A stretch of 64,000 nt of DNA from an uncultured Sangeribacter sp. (lineage in GTDB: Bacteria; Bacteroidota; Bacteroidia; Bacteroidales; Muribaculaceae). The translations under genes were made by a program, and so were the position numbers. The notes under the pieces were generated by a model. That model had not been told where the DNA came from and made no database searches. It was given only the letters and a program-made list of their open reading frames with translations. Of the stretch, positions 50,253 to 59,655 are shown one piece after another (the first letter of the stretch is position 1; each line of letters begins with the position of its first letter). Location of the stretch: positions 4,979 to 68,978 of the forward strand of contig CAZDWB010000006.1 in NCBI GenBank assembly GCA_964509225.1, in the 5' to 3' direction.

Positions 50253-53200
50253 ACAACGATATAAAAAAGGTATTGCTACTCGGTTCGGGTGCACTTAAAA
50301 TAGGTGAGGCCGGTGAGTTTGATTACTCAGGTTCGCAAGCGCTGAAAGCTATGAAAGAAGAGGGTATATCCACTGTGTTGATAAACCCTAATATTGCTAC
50401 GGTCCAGACCTCGGAGGGCGTTGCCGATCAAATTTATTTTCTCCCTGTAACTCCCTATTTTGTTGAGAAGGTTATTGAAAAGGAAAGACCGGATGGTATT
50501 CTGCTCGCTTTTGGTGGTCAAACAGCTCTAAACTGTGGAGTGGAGCTCTATAAATCAGGAGTCTTTGAAAAATATGGGGTCAGAGTGCTCGGAACACCCG
50601 TTCAATCAATCATAGATACTGAAGACAGGGAATTATTCGTCAGGAAACTTGATGAGATTGGTGTTAAAACCATTAAGAGTGAAGCTGTTGAAAGCATAGA
50701 AGACGCATGCAGAGCGGCTAAGAAGTTAGGATATCCCGTAATTCTCAGAGCTGCATACGCGTTAGGGGGGCTTGGCTCCGGCTTCTGCGACAATGAGGAG
50801 GAATTGGTTACCCTTGCAGAAAAGGCTTTTTCATTCTCCCCACAAGTTTTGGTTGAAAAGAGTCTCAAAGGATGGAAAGAAGTAGAATATGAAGTGGTGC
50901 GTGATAAATATGATAACTGCATCACGGTCTGCAATATGGAGAATTTTGACCCTCTCGGTATTCATACGGGTGAATCTATCGTTATCGCACCTTCCCAGAC
51001 ACTTTCCAATCGAGAATATCATAAATTAAGGGAACTTGCAATCAAAATTATAAGACATATCGGAATTGTCGGGGAATGTAACGTGCAGTATGCCCTTGAT
51101 CCGGAATCTGAAGATTATAGGGTAATTGAAGTTAATGCCCGTCTTAGTCGCTCTTCAGCTCTCGCGTCTAAAGCTACCGGGTATCCTTTAGCTTTTGTGG
51201 CAGCCAAACTTGGTTTGGGTTATGGACTTTTTGAACTCAAAAACTCTGTTACCAAAACCACAAGCGCCTTCTTTGAACCGGCATTGGACTATGTTGTATG
51301 CAAAATTCCCCGTTGGGACCTGGGAAAATTCCATGGTGTCTCCCGTGAATTAGGTTCTTCCATGAAGTCGGTTGGTGAAGTCATGGCAATCGGAAGAACC
51401 TTTGAAGAGGCTATACAGAAAGGTCTTAGAATGATTGGACAAGGGATGCATGGGTTTGTTGAAAACAAAGAGCTGGTGATTGAAGATGTAGATAAGGCTC
51501 TGCATCAACCCACTGACAATCGAATATTCGTTATCAGCAAAGCCATGCGTGCGGGTTATACTGTAGATCAGATTCATGATCTGACAATGATTGACAAGTG
51601 GTTCCTTTATAAACTTGACAATATCATGAAGACTTCTTTCAAGCTTCATGACTTACAGGAGGAAGCTCAGAAACATTCAGATTCTGACCTTACATTTATG
51701 CCCCCTTATCTATTGCGCCTTGCCAAAAATCAAGGTTTTTCCGATTTTCAGATAGCTCGCGCTATTGGAAGAGATGAGAACCCTGAAATTTCTGCCCTTA
51801 ATGTCCGTCGTTATCGAAAAGAGCTTGGTATTGTTCCCGTGGTAAAACAGATTGATACTTTAGCAGCGGAATATCCGGCAATGACTAATTATCTGTATCT
51901 TACATACGGTGGAACAAGAGATGATATAACATACGAGCATGACGGTAGATCCATCGTTGTACTTGGCTCGGGAGCTTATCGCATCGGCTCATCAGTGGAA
52001 TTCGACTGGTGTGGTGTACAAGCGCTACAGACAATAAGAAAAGAGGGTTGGAGAAGTATCATGATTAATTATAATCCGGAAACTGTTTCTACGGATTATG
52101 ACATGTGCGACCGTCTTTATTTTGATGAACTCACTTTCGAAAGGGTAATGGATATTCTTGACCTTGAACAACCCTTCGGTGTAATTGTGAGCACAGGAGG
52201 GCAGATACCGAATAATCTTGCCTTGAGATTGGATGACGAGGGTGTTAAAATACTTGGAACTTCTGCCAAAAGTATTGATAACGCTGAGGATCGTGATAAA
52301 TTCTCAGCTATGCTTGACAGAATAGGTGTTGATCAACCTCAATGGAGTGCACTGACTTCAATGCAGGATATCAAGGCTTTTATTGACAAGGTAGGTTTCC
52401 CGGTCTTGGTCAGACCATCCTATGTTCTCAGTGGGGCAGCCATGAATGTATGTTCAAATGAAGAAGAGCTGGAACGCTTTCTGAAATTGGCAGCTAATGT
52501 TTCTAAAAAACATCCCGTTGTAGTAAGCCAATTTATTGAAAATGCCAAAGAGGTTGAAATGGATGCTGTGGCTAAGAATGGAGAGATTTTAGCTTACGCC
52601 ATCAGTGAGCATATTGAATATGCCGGTGTCCACTCCGGCGATGCAACTATCCAATTCCCACCTCAGAAACTTTATGTGGAAACCGTCAGGAGAATCAAAA
52701 GAATCTCAAGACAGATAGCAAAAGAGCTTAATATTTCGGGTCCGTTTAATATTCAATACCTTGCACGTGAAAACGACATTAAAGTGATTGAATGTAATCT
52801 GCGTGCTTCAAGAAGCTTCCCCTTTGTGAGTAAGGTCCTGAAACTTAACTTTATTGAACTTGCCACGAAGGTTATGCTCGGTCTTCCCGTTGAGAAACCT
52901 AATAAATCGCTCTTTGATCTGGATTATGTTGGTATTAAAGCAAGTCAGTTCTCATTCAACCGTCTTCAGAAAGCCGACCCTGTATTGGGGGTTGACATGG
53001 CATCAACAGGTGAAGTGGGCTGTATAGGAGATGATACATCATGTGCTATCCTTCAGGCAATGCTCTCTGTAGGGCACCGCATTCCGGAAAAAGGGATATT
53101 ACTATCCTTAGGTAGTGTAAAGAAAAAAGTAGCTCTTTTACCAGCTGCAAAGTTACTTTCAGATAAAGGATATAAGATATTTGCAACTGAAGGATCTTCC

Positions 53201-53491
53201 GAATTCCTTGAAGAGAATGGTATCCCGAATATTCGTGTCTATTGGCCAAGCGAAGAGGGAACCCCACAAGCTCTTGATTTGATGCATGCCAAGAAGATAG
53301 ATCTGGTGGTCAATATCCCTAAGAACCTTTCTTCCGGCGAGTTGTCAAACGGATATAAGATTCGACGGGCAGCCATCGACCTGAATATCCCTCTTATCAC
53401 CAATGTCCGACTCGCGTCAGCTTTCATTAATGCCTTCTGCAACATGACTTCTGAACAGATAGAAATCAAAAGTTGGAGCGAATTCAAATAA
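50249..53491 (+). CDS. carB: Carbamoyl-phosphate synthase large subunit
   Basis: IGEAGEFDYSG, two ATP-grasp halves and a C-terminal MGS domain. Confidence 0.97.
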   Translation: MNNDIKKVLLLGSGALKIGEAGEFDYSGSQALKAMKEEGISTVLINPNIATVQTSEGVADQIYFLPVTPYFVEKVIEKERPDGILLAFGGQTALNCGVELYKSGVFEKYGVRVLGTPVQSIIDTEDRELFVRKLDEIGVKTIKSEAVESIEDACRAAKKLGYPVILRAAYALGGLGSGFCDNEEELVTLAEKAFSFSPQVLVEKSLKGWKEVEYEVVRDKYDNCITVCNMENFDPLGIHTGESIVIAPSQTLSNREYHKLRELAIKIIRHIGIVGECNVQYALDPESEDYRVIEVNARLSRSSALASKATGYPLAFVAAKLGLGYGLFELKNSVTKTTSAFFEPALDYVVCKIPRWDLGKFHGVSRELGSSMKSVGEVMAIGRTFEEAIQKGLRMIGQGMHGFVENKELVIEDVDKALHQPTDNRIFVISKAMRAGYTVDQIHDLTMIDKWFLYKLDNIMKTSFKLHDLQEEAQKHSDSDLTFMPPYLLRLAKNQGFSDFQIARAIGRDENPEISALNVRRYRKELGIVPVVKQIDTLAAEYPAMTNYLYLTYGGTRDDITYEHDGRSIVVLGSGAYRIGSSVEFDWCGVQALQTIRKEGWRSIMINYNPETVSTDYDMCDRLYFDELTFERVMDILDLEQPFGVIVSTGGQIPNNLALRLDDEGVKILGTSAKSIDNAEDRDKFSAMLDRIGVDQPQWSALTSMQDIKAFIDKVGFPVLVRPSYVLSGAAMNVCSNEEELERFLKLAANVSKKHPVVVSQFIENAKEVEMDAVAKNGEILAYAISEHIEYAGVHSGDATIQFPPQKLYVETVRRIKRISRQIAKELNISGPFNIQYLARENDIKVIECNLRASRSFPFVSKVLKLNFIELATKVMLGLPVEKPNKSLFDLDYVGIKASQFSFNRLQKADPVLGVDMASTGEVGCIGDDTSCAILQAMLSVGHRIPEKGILLSLGSVKKKVALLPAAKLLSDKGYKIFATEGSSEFLEENGIPNIRVYWPSEEGTPQALDLMHAKKIDLVVNIPKNLSSGELSNGYKIRRAAIDLNIPLITNVRLASAFINAFCNMTSEQIEIKSWSEFK

Positions 53492-53514
53492 GACAAATAT
53501 ATCAATCATATTTG

Positions 53515-53552
53515 AAGAAGGGGAGGCAGTGACAGACTCTCCTTCTTTATTT
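53515..53552 (+). terminator. Intrinsic terminator after carB
   Basis: AAGAAGGGGAG...CTCTCCTTCTT 11-bp stem followed by TATTT. Confidence 0.7.
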
Positions 53553-53563
53553 AATTATTTTTT

Positions 53564-54472
53564 ATGAAAAAACGGGAAAAAGAGATATTTAAAGTCACCT
53601 TGATAGGTTCAGTAGTAAATGCCTGTCTGATCTTACTGAAATTCATAGCCGGCTTCGTAGGTAGAAGCTCTGCAATGGTGGCTGATGCCGTGCACTCTTT
53701 AAGTGATTTTGTTTCGGATGTCATTGTCTTGGTATTTGTTAAGATTGCAGGAAAACCCAAAGATAAAAGTCATGATTACGGACATGGAAAGTTCGAAACT
53801 CTCGCAACTCTGATTATCGGAGTTCTGCTTATGGGTGCCGGAATCGGACTGATGATTCACGGTATTGAATCTATTGTCAGAACTCTTCATGGAGAAATAC
53901 TTCCACGCCCTACATTGCTTGCTCTTATCATTGCCATAGTTTCAATAGTGTCTAAAGAATGGCTTTTCCGCTACACTATAAAGAGAGGGAGACGACTTAA
54001 CTCACAAGCAGTTGAAGCAAATGCCTGGCACCATCGCAGTGACGGAATATCTTCAGTTGGAACTCTTTTCGGTATTGCAGGTGCAATGTTCTTAGGGAAA
54101 CAATGGCGAATTCTTGATCCTTTGGCTGCAGTTTTGGTGAGTATTTTTATCGTAAAAAGTGGATATGATATTGTAAAACCCTGTATCAGTGAGTTGCTTG
54201 AGGCATCTCTTCCGGAGGATGAAGAAAAAAAGATTCTTGAGCTGGTTCTTGGGGTTCCCGGCATTGAATCCGCTCATAATCTTCGCACACGACGCATTGG
54301 TAATGGTATTGCTGTTGATTTACATGCTAAAATGAATGGAAATATGACCCTGACAGAAGCACACGACAAAGCCTCTGCAGCGGAAAAAGCTATACGAGAT
54401 GAATTTGGGAACAATTCCATTATCAATATCCACATGGAACCTACAAAGAATAGCATCAAATTACAAAATTGA
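53564..54472 (+). CDS. Cation diffusion facilitator (FieF-like) transporter
   Basis: SAMVADAVHSLSD, HDYGHGKFE, AWHHRSD and HNLRTRRIG motifs; C-terminal IHMEP. Confidence 0.92.
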   Translation: MKKREKEIFKVTLIGSVVNACLILLKFIAGFVGRSSAMVADAVHSLSDFVSDVIVLVFVKIAGKPKDKSHDYGHGKFETLATLIIGVLLMGAGIGLMIHGIESIVRTLHGEILPRPTLLALIIAIVSIVSKEWLFRYTIKRGRRLNSQAVEANAWHHRSDGISSVGTLFGIAGAMFLGKQWRILDPLAAVLVSIFIVKSGYDIVKPCISELLEASLPEDEEKKILELVLGVPGIESAHNLRTRRIGNGIAVDLHAKMNGNMTLTEAHDKASAAEKAIRDEFGNNSIINIHMEPTKNSIKLQN

Positions 54473-54558
54473 GCAAAATTTAACTATCAGATATCGACAT
54501 TTAACTTAATTGAAATATTCAAATTTTTTTTAAATGTAGAAATTACCGATTTTTTCCT

Positions 54559-54566
54559 TATCTTTG
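54559..54566 (+). promoter_or_regulatory. Bacteroidetes -7 element upstream of the LRR gene
   Basis: TATCTTTG in the intergenic region; no clear -33 element. Confidence 0.45.
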
Positions 54567-54680
54567 CAAAATAGCCGGGAATAAGCTTAGATTTATGAAC
54601 GGTTTGCCAAATAAAAAACTTACCAGTGAATCTATACATACTCTCATCAAGGTTTCTATAAGAATTTTTTACTTTTATTT

Positions 54681-56195
54681 ATGAATAAAATATATCGAAT
54701 AGTTCCATTATCTATATTCTTAATGCTCAACTCTTTGAGCATTAACGCCGAAGATTTCAAAGTGGAAAATTTATATTTTTCCATTATTTCTGAAGAGGAA
54801 CAGACCGTTGGGGTTGTACCTGTAAACGAAGAAGATGTTGCAGTAGAAGAAGCACCGGAAGTGATTAACTACTCCGGTGAAATTTCAATCCCTTCTTCGG
54901 TTGTGATTAACAATACTGATTATACGGTAATTTCAATCCTCAACGGTGCTTTTGAAAACACCACAATTACATCCGTTTCAATTCCTGAAACCATCACGCA
55001 GATTGGGAATTATGCATTTTATGGCTGCGGACTTCTCGAAACTATCAATATCCCGGAGTCTGTTATATCTGTTGGAAACTCAGCCTTCAGAGAGTGTACC
55101 AGATTAGAGAGTATCTCCCTTTCAAATGCAATCAAAACTCTCGAATCTTATACTTTTTATAATTGTTCCTCACTCAATAATGTCTCTCTCCCTTCAAGCC
55201 TGAATTCCATCGGAGACTATTCCTTCGGGAATTGTGCCAGTCTTGAGAATATAACTCTTCCTGAATCTCTCAGGAGTCTGGGAAGTGGAATATTTGCAGG
55301 TTGTACTGCCTTGAGAAGTCTATATATGCCTCAGGGAATTGAAGATATTGGATTTGATATGTTTGAACAATGTTCATCTCTCACTTCTGTAACTTTACCG
55401 GGTTCCATAGTCCGTATACCGGCTTTTACATTCAGAGATTGTACGGCTCTTGAGAATATCGAGATTCCACAAGGTATCTCCTCAATCGGTCGAGGCGCCT
55501 TCTCTATGTGTTCCTCCCTCAATACAATAACCTTTCCGGATGCCTTGAACACTATTGAGATGGATGCTTTTTCCAACTGTTCATCTCTTAAATTTATAGT
55601 ACTCAATTCTCCCGGTGTGACGATAGGAATTCGTTCTTTTACAAATTGCAGCGGACTGGAGGAAATATTGCTCAATACAGTCACTTCTATAGGTGAGGAA
55701 GCTTTCTCTCATTGTACAGCTTTAAAGCTGATAAGTACCAATGAAAACCTTCAGTCTATCGATCGAAGAGCTTTCATTGATTGCCCTCACATCCAAAATA
55801 TTTTTGTTTGGAATGATTTTCCTCCACGTTTAGATCCTACTGCCTTTGATGAAAATACAAAGTTAATGGCTAATCTAAACGTAAAAAAAGGTCTTGAATC
55901 TCTCTATTTACAAAGTCCCGGATGGGAAAATTTCCTTAATGTTGTTGGGGTCAATGGAGCTCCCACCGTACCTGAAGTTGATACTAACTCTCTCATTGAA
56001 GCTTCTGATGATTTTCAATGGGAAATCAATGCAGATGAACTACATATCGATACCTCTACTGATATCTTCCTTATTCGGTTAGATGGAACAATAGTTGCTA
56101 ATATCCCTGCCGGTACAATCTCAACCATTTCTCTTCCCGGAAAAGGTATATATATCATACGCTCCAATAATCAGTTTATCAAGATTATTAATTGA
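54681..56195 (+). CDS. BspA-like leucine-rich-repeat (LRR_5) surface protein, probable T9SS cargo
   Basis: Signal peptide; about 12 repeats of the IxIPxSVxxIGxxAFxxCxxL type; C-terminal ...DGTIV...LPGKGIYII... resembling a T9SS CTD. Confidence 0.85.
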   Translation: MNKIYRIVPLSIFLMLNSLSINAEDFKVENLYFSIISEEEQTVGVVPVNEEDVAVEEAPEVINYSGEISIPSSVVINNTDYTVISILNGAFENTTITSVSIPETITQIGNYAFYGCGLLETINIPESVISVGNSAFRECTRLESISLSNAIKTLESYTFYNCSSLNNVSLPSSLNSIGDYSFGNCASLENITLPESLRSLGSGIFAGCTALRSLYMPQGIEDIGFDMFEQCSSLTSVTLPGSIVRIPAFTFRDCTALENIEIPQGISSIGRGAFSMCSSLNTITFPDALNTIEMDAFSNCSSLKFIVLNSPGVTIGIRSFTNCSGLEEILLNTVTSIGEEAFSHCTALKLISTNENLQSIDRRAFIDCPHIQNIFVWNDFPPRLDPTAFDENTKLMANLNVKKGLESLYLQSPGWENFLNVVGVNGAPTVPEVDTNSLIEASDDFQWEINADELHIDTSTDIFLIRLDGTIVANIPAGTISTISLPGKGIYIIRSNNQFIKIIN

Positions 56196-56214
56196 ACCTT
56201 CCACAATTACTGAT

Positions 56215-56937
56215 ATGTGGACTTTAGACGAAAGTTTTAAATTATTTTTCAATATTTACTCTTCCGGGACAAATCACCCGGAAGAGTCTTCCATTATAGA
56301 CGAGGCTCCACTCTATAACATTGAAGATGAGATAAGTGAAGGAAGGGATAATGATGATTCTGATGTTGACAATCATTACCCTCAGAAACCATCCCCATTC
56401 TCCGCTCTCATACGTCTTATGATTAACCCTACTGACGGATGGAAAAAACTTAGAAGATATCACTTTACACCGGAACAGATGGGTGCCCGATGCTTCTATC
56501 CTTTGTCTGCATTAGCAGCTCTCTCTGCATTTGCAGATTTGTTTTATAATTCTGATTCAACTGTGTCCGGTGTTATAGTAAATGCATTGGTTACATTCAT
56601 CAGTTTCTTTTTCGGTTTCTTCCTACTGTCTCCATTAGGAAAGATTTTCCTCCCGAAGGAAGTTAAAGAATATTCTGAGACTGTTCAGGGGAAAGTATTC
56701 AACATGGCTATGCTTTCAACTCTTGCCATGTTCTGGATTCTCTTTAAGTGTCTACCTATGTTAGACACTATTTGGGTTTTCCTCCCTCTTTGGACAGTTT
56801 TCCTAATCTCCAAGGGTTCAAGATTTATCAAAGCATCTCAACAAAAACCCACAACAGTTACTTTTATTTTATGTGTTCTTATTGTTGGCACACCGTTAGC
56901 TGTAGGACGGATTTTTGCTATGATTCTACCATATTAA
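56215..56937 (+). CDS. Yip1-like membrane protein
   Basis: Acidic N-terminus, [12 protein letters not shown], then about five hydrophobic helices. Start 56215 avoids overlap with the upstream gene. Confidence 0.65.
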   Translation: MWTLDESFKLFFNIYSSGTNHPEESSIIDEAPLYNIEDEISEGRDNDDSDVDNHYPQKPSPFSALIRLMINPTDGWKKLRRYHFTPEQMGARCFYPLSALAALSAFADLFYNSDSTVSGVIVNALVTFISFFFGFFLLSPLGKIFLPKEVKEYSETVQGKVFNMAMLSTLAMFWILFKCLPMLDTIWVFLPLWTVFLISKGSRFIKASQQKPTTVTFILCVLIVGTPLAVGRIFAMILPY

Positions 56938-56947
56938 AATTTATGAA

Positions 56948-57400
56948 ATGGCTGATAATAAAATAAATATAAAAAATAAACGTGCCCTGTTTGACTACGA
57001 AATTTCTGACACTTATTCTGCAGGAATCGTACTTACCGGTACTGAAATAAAATCGATTCGAGATGGTAAAGCTTCTCTTACCGATACTTACTGCATGGTA
57101 GAAAATGGAGAAGTATGGGTTAAGAACATGCATATCTCGGAATATTCTTTCGGAAGCTATAATAATCATTCAGTGCGGAGAGATCGAAAACTTCTACTCA
57201 ATAAAAAAGAGATTGCAAAGCTTGCTAAAGCCTCTGAGAACCCGGGGTTTACAATCGTTCCAATTAAAATATTCATTAATGAAAGAGGATTTGCCAAACT
57301 TCTCATTGGTATTGGACGAGGTAAAAAGGAGTATGACAAACGTAATTCAATAAAAGAGAGGGAACAGAAAAGGGACCTTCACCGATTGATGCAGAAATAA
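56948..57400 (+). CDS. smpB: SsrA-binding protein
   Basis: [26 protein letters not shown] and [10 protein letters not shown] motifs. Confidence 0.97.
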   Translation: MADNKINIKNKRALFDYEISDTYSAGIVLTGTEIKSIRDGKASLTDTYCMVENGEVWVKNMHISEYSFGSYNNHSVRRDRKLLLNKKEIAKLAKASENPGFTIVPIKIFINERGFAKLLIGIGRGKKEYDKRNSIKEREQKRDLHRLMQK

Positions 57401-57427
57401 GTCGTTCAATTTTCTTTCCACTAAGAT

Positions 57428-59221
57428 ATGTCACAACCGAGAAAAATAGAACTTCTTGCACCGGCTTCAAATTTTGAAACCGCCAAAGAGGCTATCCTAC
57501 ATGGAGCTGATGCTGTATATATTGGAGGGCCGAGTCACGGCGCCAGAAAAAATGTCGCTAATTCTTTATCAGATATCCAACGTCTCACGGAGTTTGCTCA
57601 TATTTTCAGATCTCGGGTTTATGTCACAGTTAACACAATTATTTATGATAATGAGTTAAGAACGGTTGAAAAGATGATTGGTGAGCTTTACCGAATCGGG
57701 GTAGATGCATTAATCATTCAAGACATGGGAATTCTTAGAATGGATATCCCTCCAATTGCTTTGCACGCTTCTACACAATGTGATAACCGAACTCCTCAAA
57801 AGGCAAAATTTTTGGAAGAGGTTGGGTTTTCACAAATCGTCCTCGCACGCGAACTAACTCTTGATGAAATAAGAGATGTCTGCCGGTCTGTTTCCATTCC
57901 GGTCGAAACATTCATCCATGGAGCTTTGTGTGTAAGCTACTCCGGAAGATGTCATGCAAGCTACACTTGTTTGAAAAGAAGTGCAAACAGAGGAGAATGT
58001 GCTCAAATTTGCAGACTCCCTTTTGATCTCGTGGACAGAACCGGAAAGATTATATCCCGTAATAAACACCTTTTATCTTTAAAGGATTTTAATGCCTCCG
58101 GACAAGTTGAAGCTATTTTAAATGCAGGCGTTTCTTCTTTAAAAATTGAGGGGAGACTTAAAGAACCTGATTATGTAAAAAATGTTACAGCGGCATATCG
58201 GAAAATTATAGACGATATTATTTCTAATAATCCTGACAAATATCTTCGCTCTTCTGCTGGTCTTAGTAATCTGAAATTTACTCCTCAGTTAGAAAAAAGC
58301 TTTAACCGCGGCTTTACAACTTATTTCCTTGAGTCCCGGAAACCTAACCAAATATCCCAACCCTCAACACCTAAATCAATGGGGGAAATTATCAATGATG
58401 TATCTTTATTGAACAATGGGGATGGAATTAGTTTTTTTAATGAGAAAGGGGAGTATACCGGCGTAATGGTAAATGGTCTGAAGAATAATTCCATTATTGG
58501 AAACAGACCTTTCTTCCTTCCAAAAGGTTCAAAGATTCACCGAACTTTTGATAAAGAGTGGCAAAAAAAATTAGCTCAACCTACAGCAGAGCGTAAACTT
58601 AAAGTTGATTTCTTAATCGATGAAAAGGGGGTATATGCTAAAGATGAACGTGGTGCAGAGTGTAGAATAGCAGGTAATTTCATCATGGAAGAGGCTAAAA
58701 AACCTATGGATTACTTCCGAATTTTTTCTAAATTGGGAAATACTCATTTTGACCTGAATTCCCTTGAAGTCAGGATACCCGGGAATTTTTTTATTCCAGC
58801 TTCTCAAATCACTGATATTCGTCGCAAAACCCTTGAAAAACTTGATGTCGTTAATAAAATTTCATATCCTTTCGAATATAGAAGAAGGGAAAATGAAAAT
58901 GCCCTGTATCCGATACATACTTTAACTTTTTCAGATAATGTAGCAAACTCGCTCGCAGAGAAATTTTATTCTGAACATGGCGCCACTGTAAAAGAAAAAG
59001 CTCTTGAGGTCCAAGAGCTTACCAATAATTCTGAAAATAATCGAAAAAGCCGGATTGTAATGACAACACGACATTGCATACTTCGTGAAATGGGGAAATG
59101 TAAGAAAGAGGGAAAGCATAATACACTTAATTTCCCTCTAAAATTAAAAGGGGATAAACTGGAGTTCCTCCTCGATTTTGACTGTTCTGATTGTGAAATG
59201 CATGTGATTAAACCTTTCTGA
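57428..59221 (+). CDS. U32 family peptidase-like protein with long C-terminal (DUF3656-like) region; probable RNA hydroxylation factor
   Basis: ELLAPA, GADAVYIG, HGALCVSYSGRC, NRGECAQICR and LKIEGRLK motifs. Confidence 0.88.
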   Translation: MSQPRKIELLAPASNFETAKEAILHGADAVYIGGPSHGARKNVANSLSDIQRLTEFAHIFRSRVYVTVNTIIYDNELRTVEKMIGELYRIGVDALIIQDMGILRMDIPPIALHASTQCDNRTPQKAKFLEEVGFSQIVLARELTLDEIRDVCRSVSIPVETFIHGALCVSYSGRCHASYTCLKRSANRGECAQICRLPFDLVDRTGKIISRNKHLLSLKDFNASGQVEAILNAGVSSLKIEGRLKEPDYVKNVTAAYRKIIDDIISNNPDKYLRSSAGLSNLKFTPQLEKSFNRGFTTYFLESRKPNQISQPSTPKSMGEIINDVSLLNNGDGISFFNEKGEYTGVMVNGLKNNSIIGNRPFFLPKGSKIHRTFDKEWQKKLAQPTAERKLKVDFLIDEKGVYAKDERGAECRIAGNFIMEEAKKPMDYFRIFSKLGNTHFDLNSLEVRIPGNFFIPASQITDIRRKTLEKLDVVNKISYPFEYRRRENENALYPIHTLTFSDNVANSLAEKFYSEHGATVKEKALEVQELTNNSENNRKSRIVMTTRHCILREMGKCKKEGKHNTLNFPLKLKGDKLEFLLDFDCSDCEMHVIKPF

Positions 59222-59252
59222 GATAGATAACAATACCCCTCCGGAAAGTATC

Positions 59253-59612
59253 TTACAGTTCTTCGGTTTTTCCCAATCTTTTCAACTTTTTATTTCGTAC
59301 AGCTATAAGATTTGCTGACACCTTTATCAGTTCCTCATTTTGCCATTCCGATAACTTTTCATCAAGATCCGGTGGAAAAGAAAAATAAATTTTCTCTATT
59401 CTCTTCTCATAATCTCCCATTAACGATATTACTTGCAGGGAATCCTTGGCATTGCGGATACTATCGGTATAACTTTTCCCTAAAGCCAACGTCTGCCTAA
59501 AAAGCTCATCAGCTTCATCATGCTGGTTGTCTTTTTTCCCGTTTCCACATGCTCCCAACATTCCTAAACACAAAAACGGAAGACACGACAATATTATTTT
59601 ATATTTATTCAT
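59253..59612 (-). CDS. Hypothetical lipoprotein
   Basis: Signal peptide with lipobox LGAC followed by GNGKKD. Confidence 0.7.
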   Translation of the reverse strand: MNKYKIILSCLPFLCLGMLGACGNGKKDNQHDEADELFRQTLALGKSYTDSIRNAKDSLQVISLMGDYEKRIEKIYFSFPPDLDEKLSEWQNEELIKVSANLIAVRNKKLKRLGKTEEL

Positions 59613-59655
59613 AAATATTATAAATAATAAAGTAATATTAATTTAAATATTTTCA

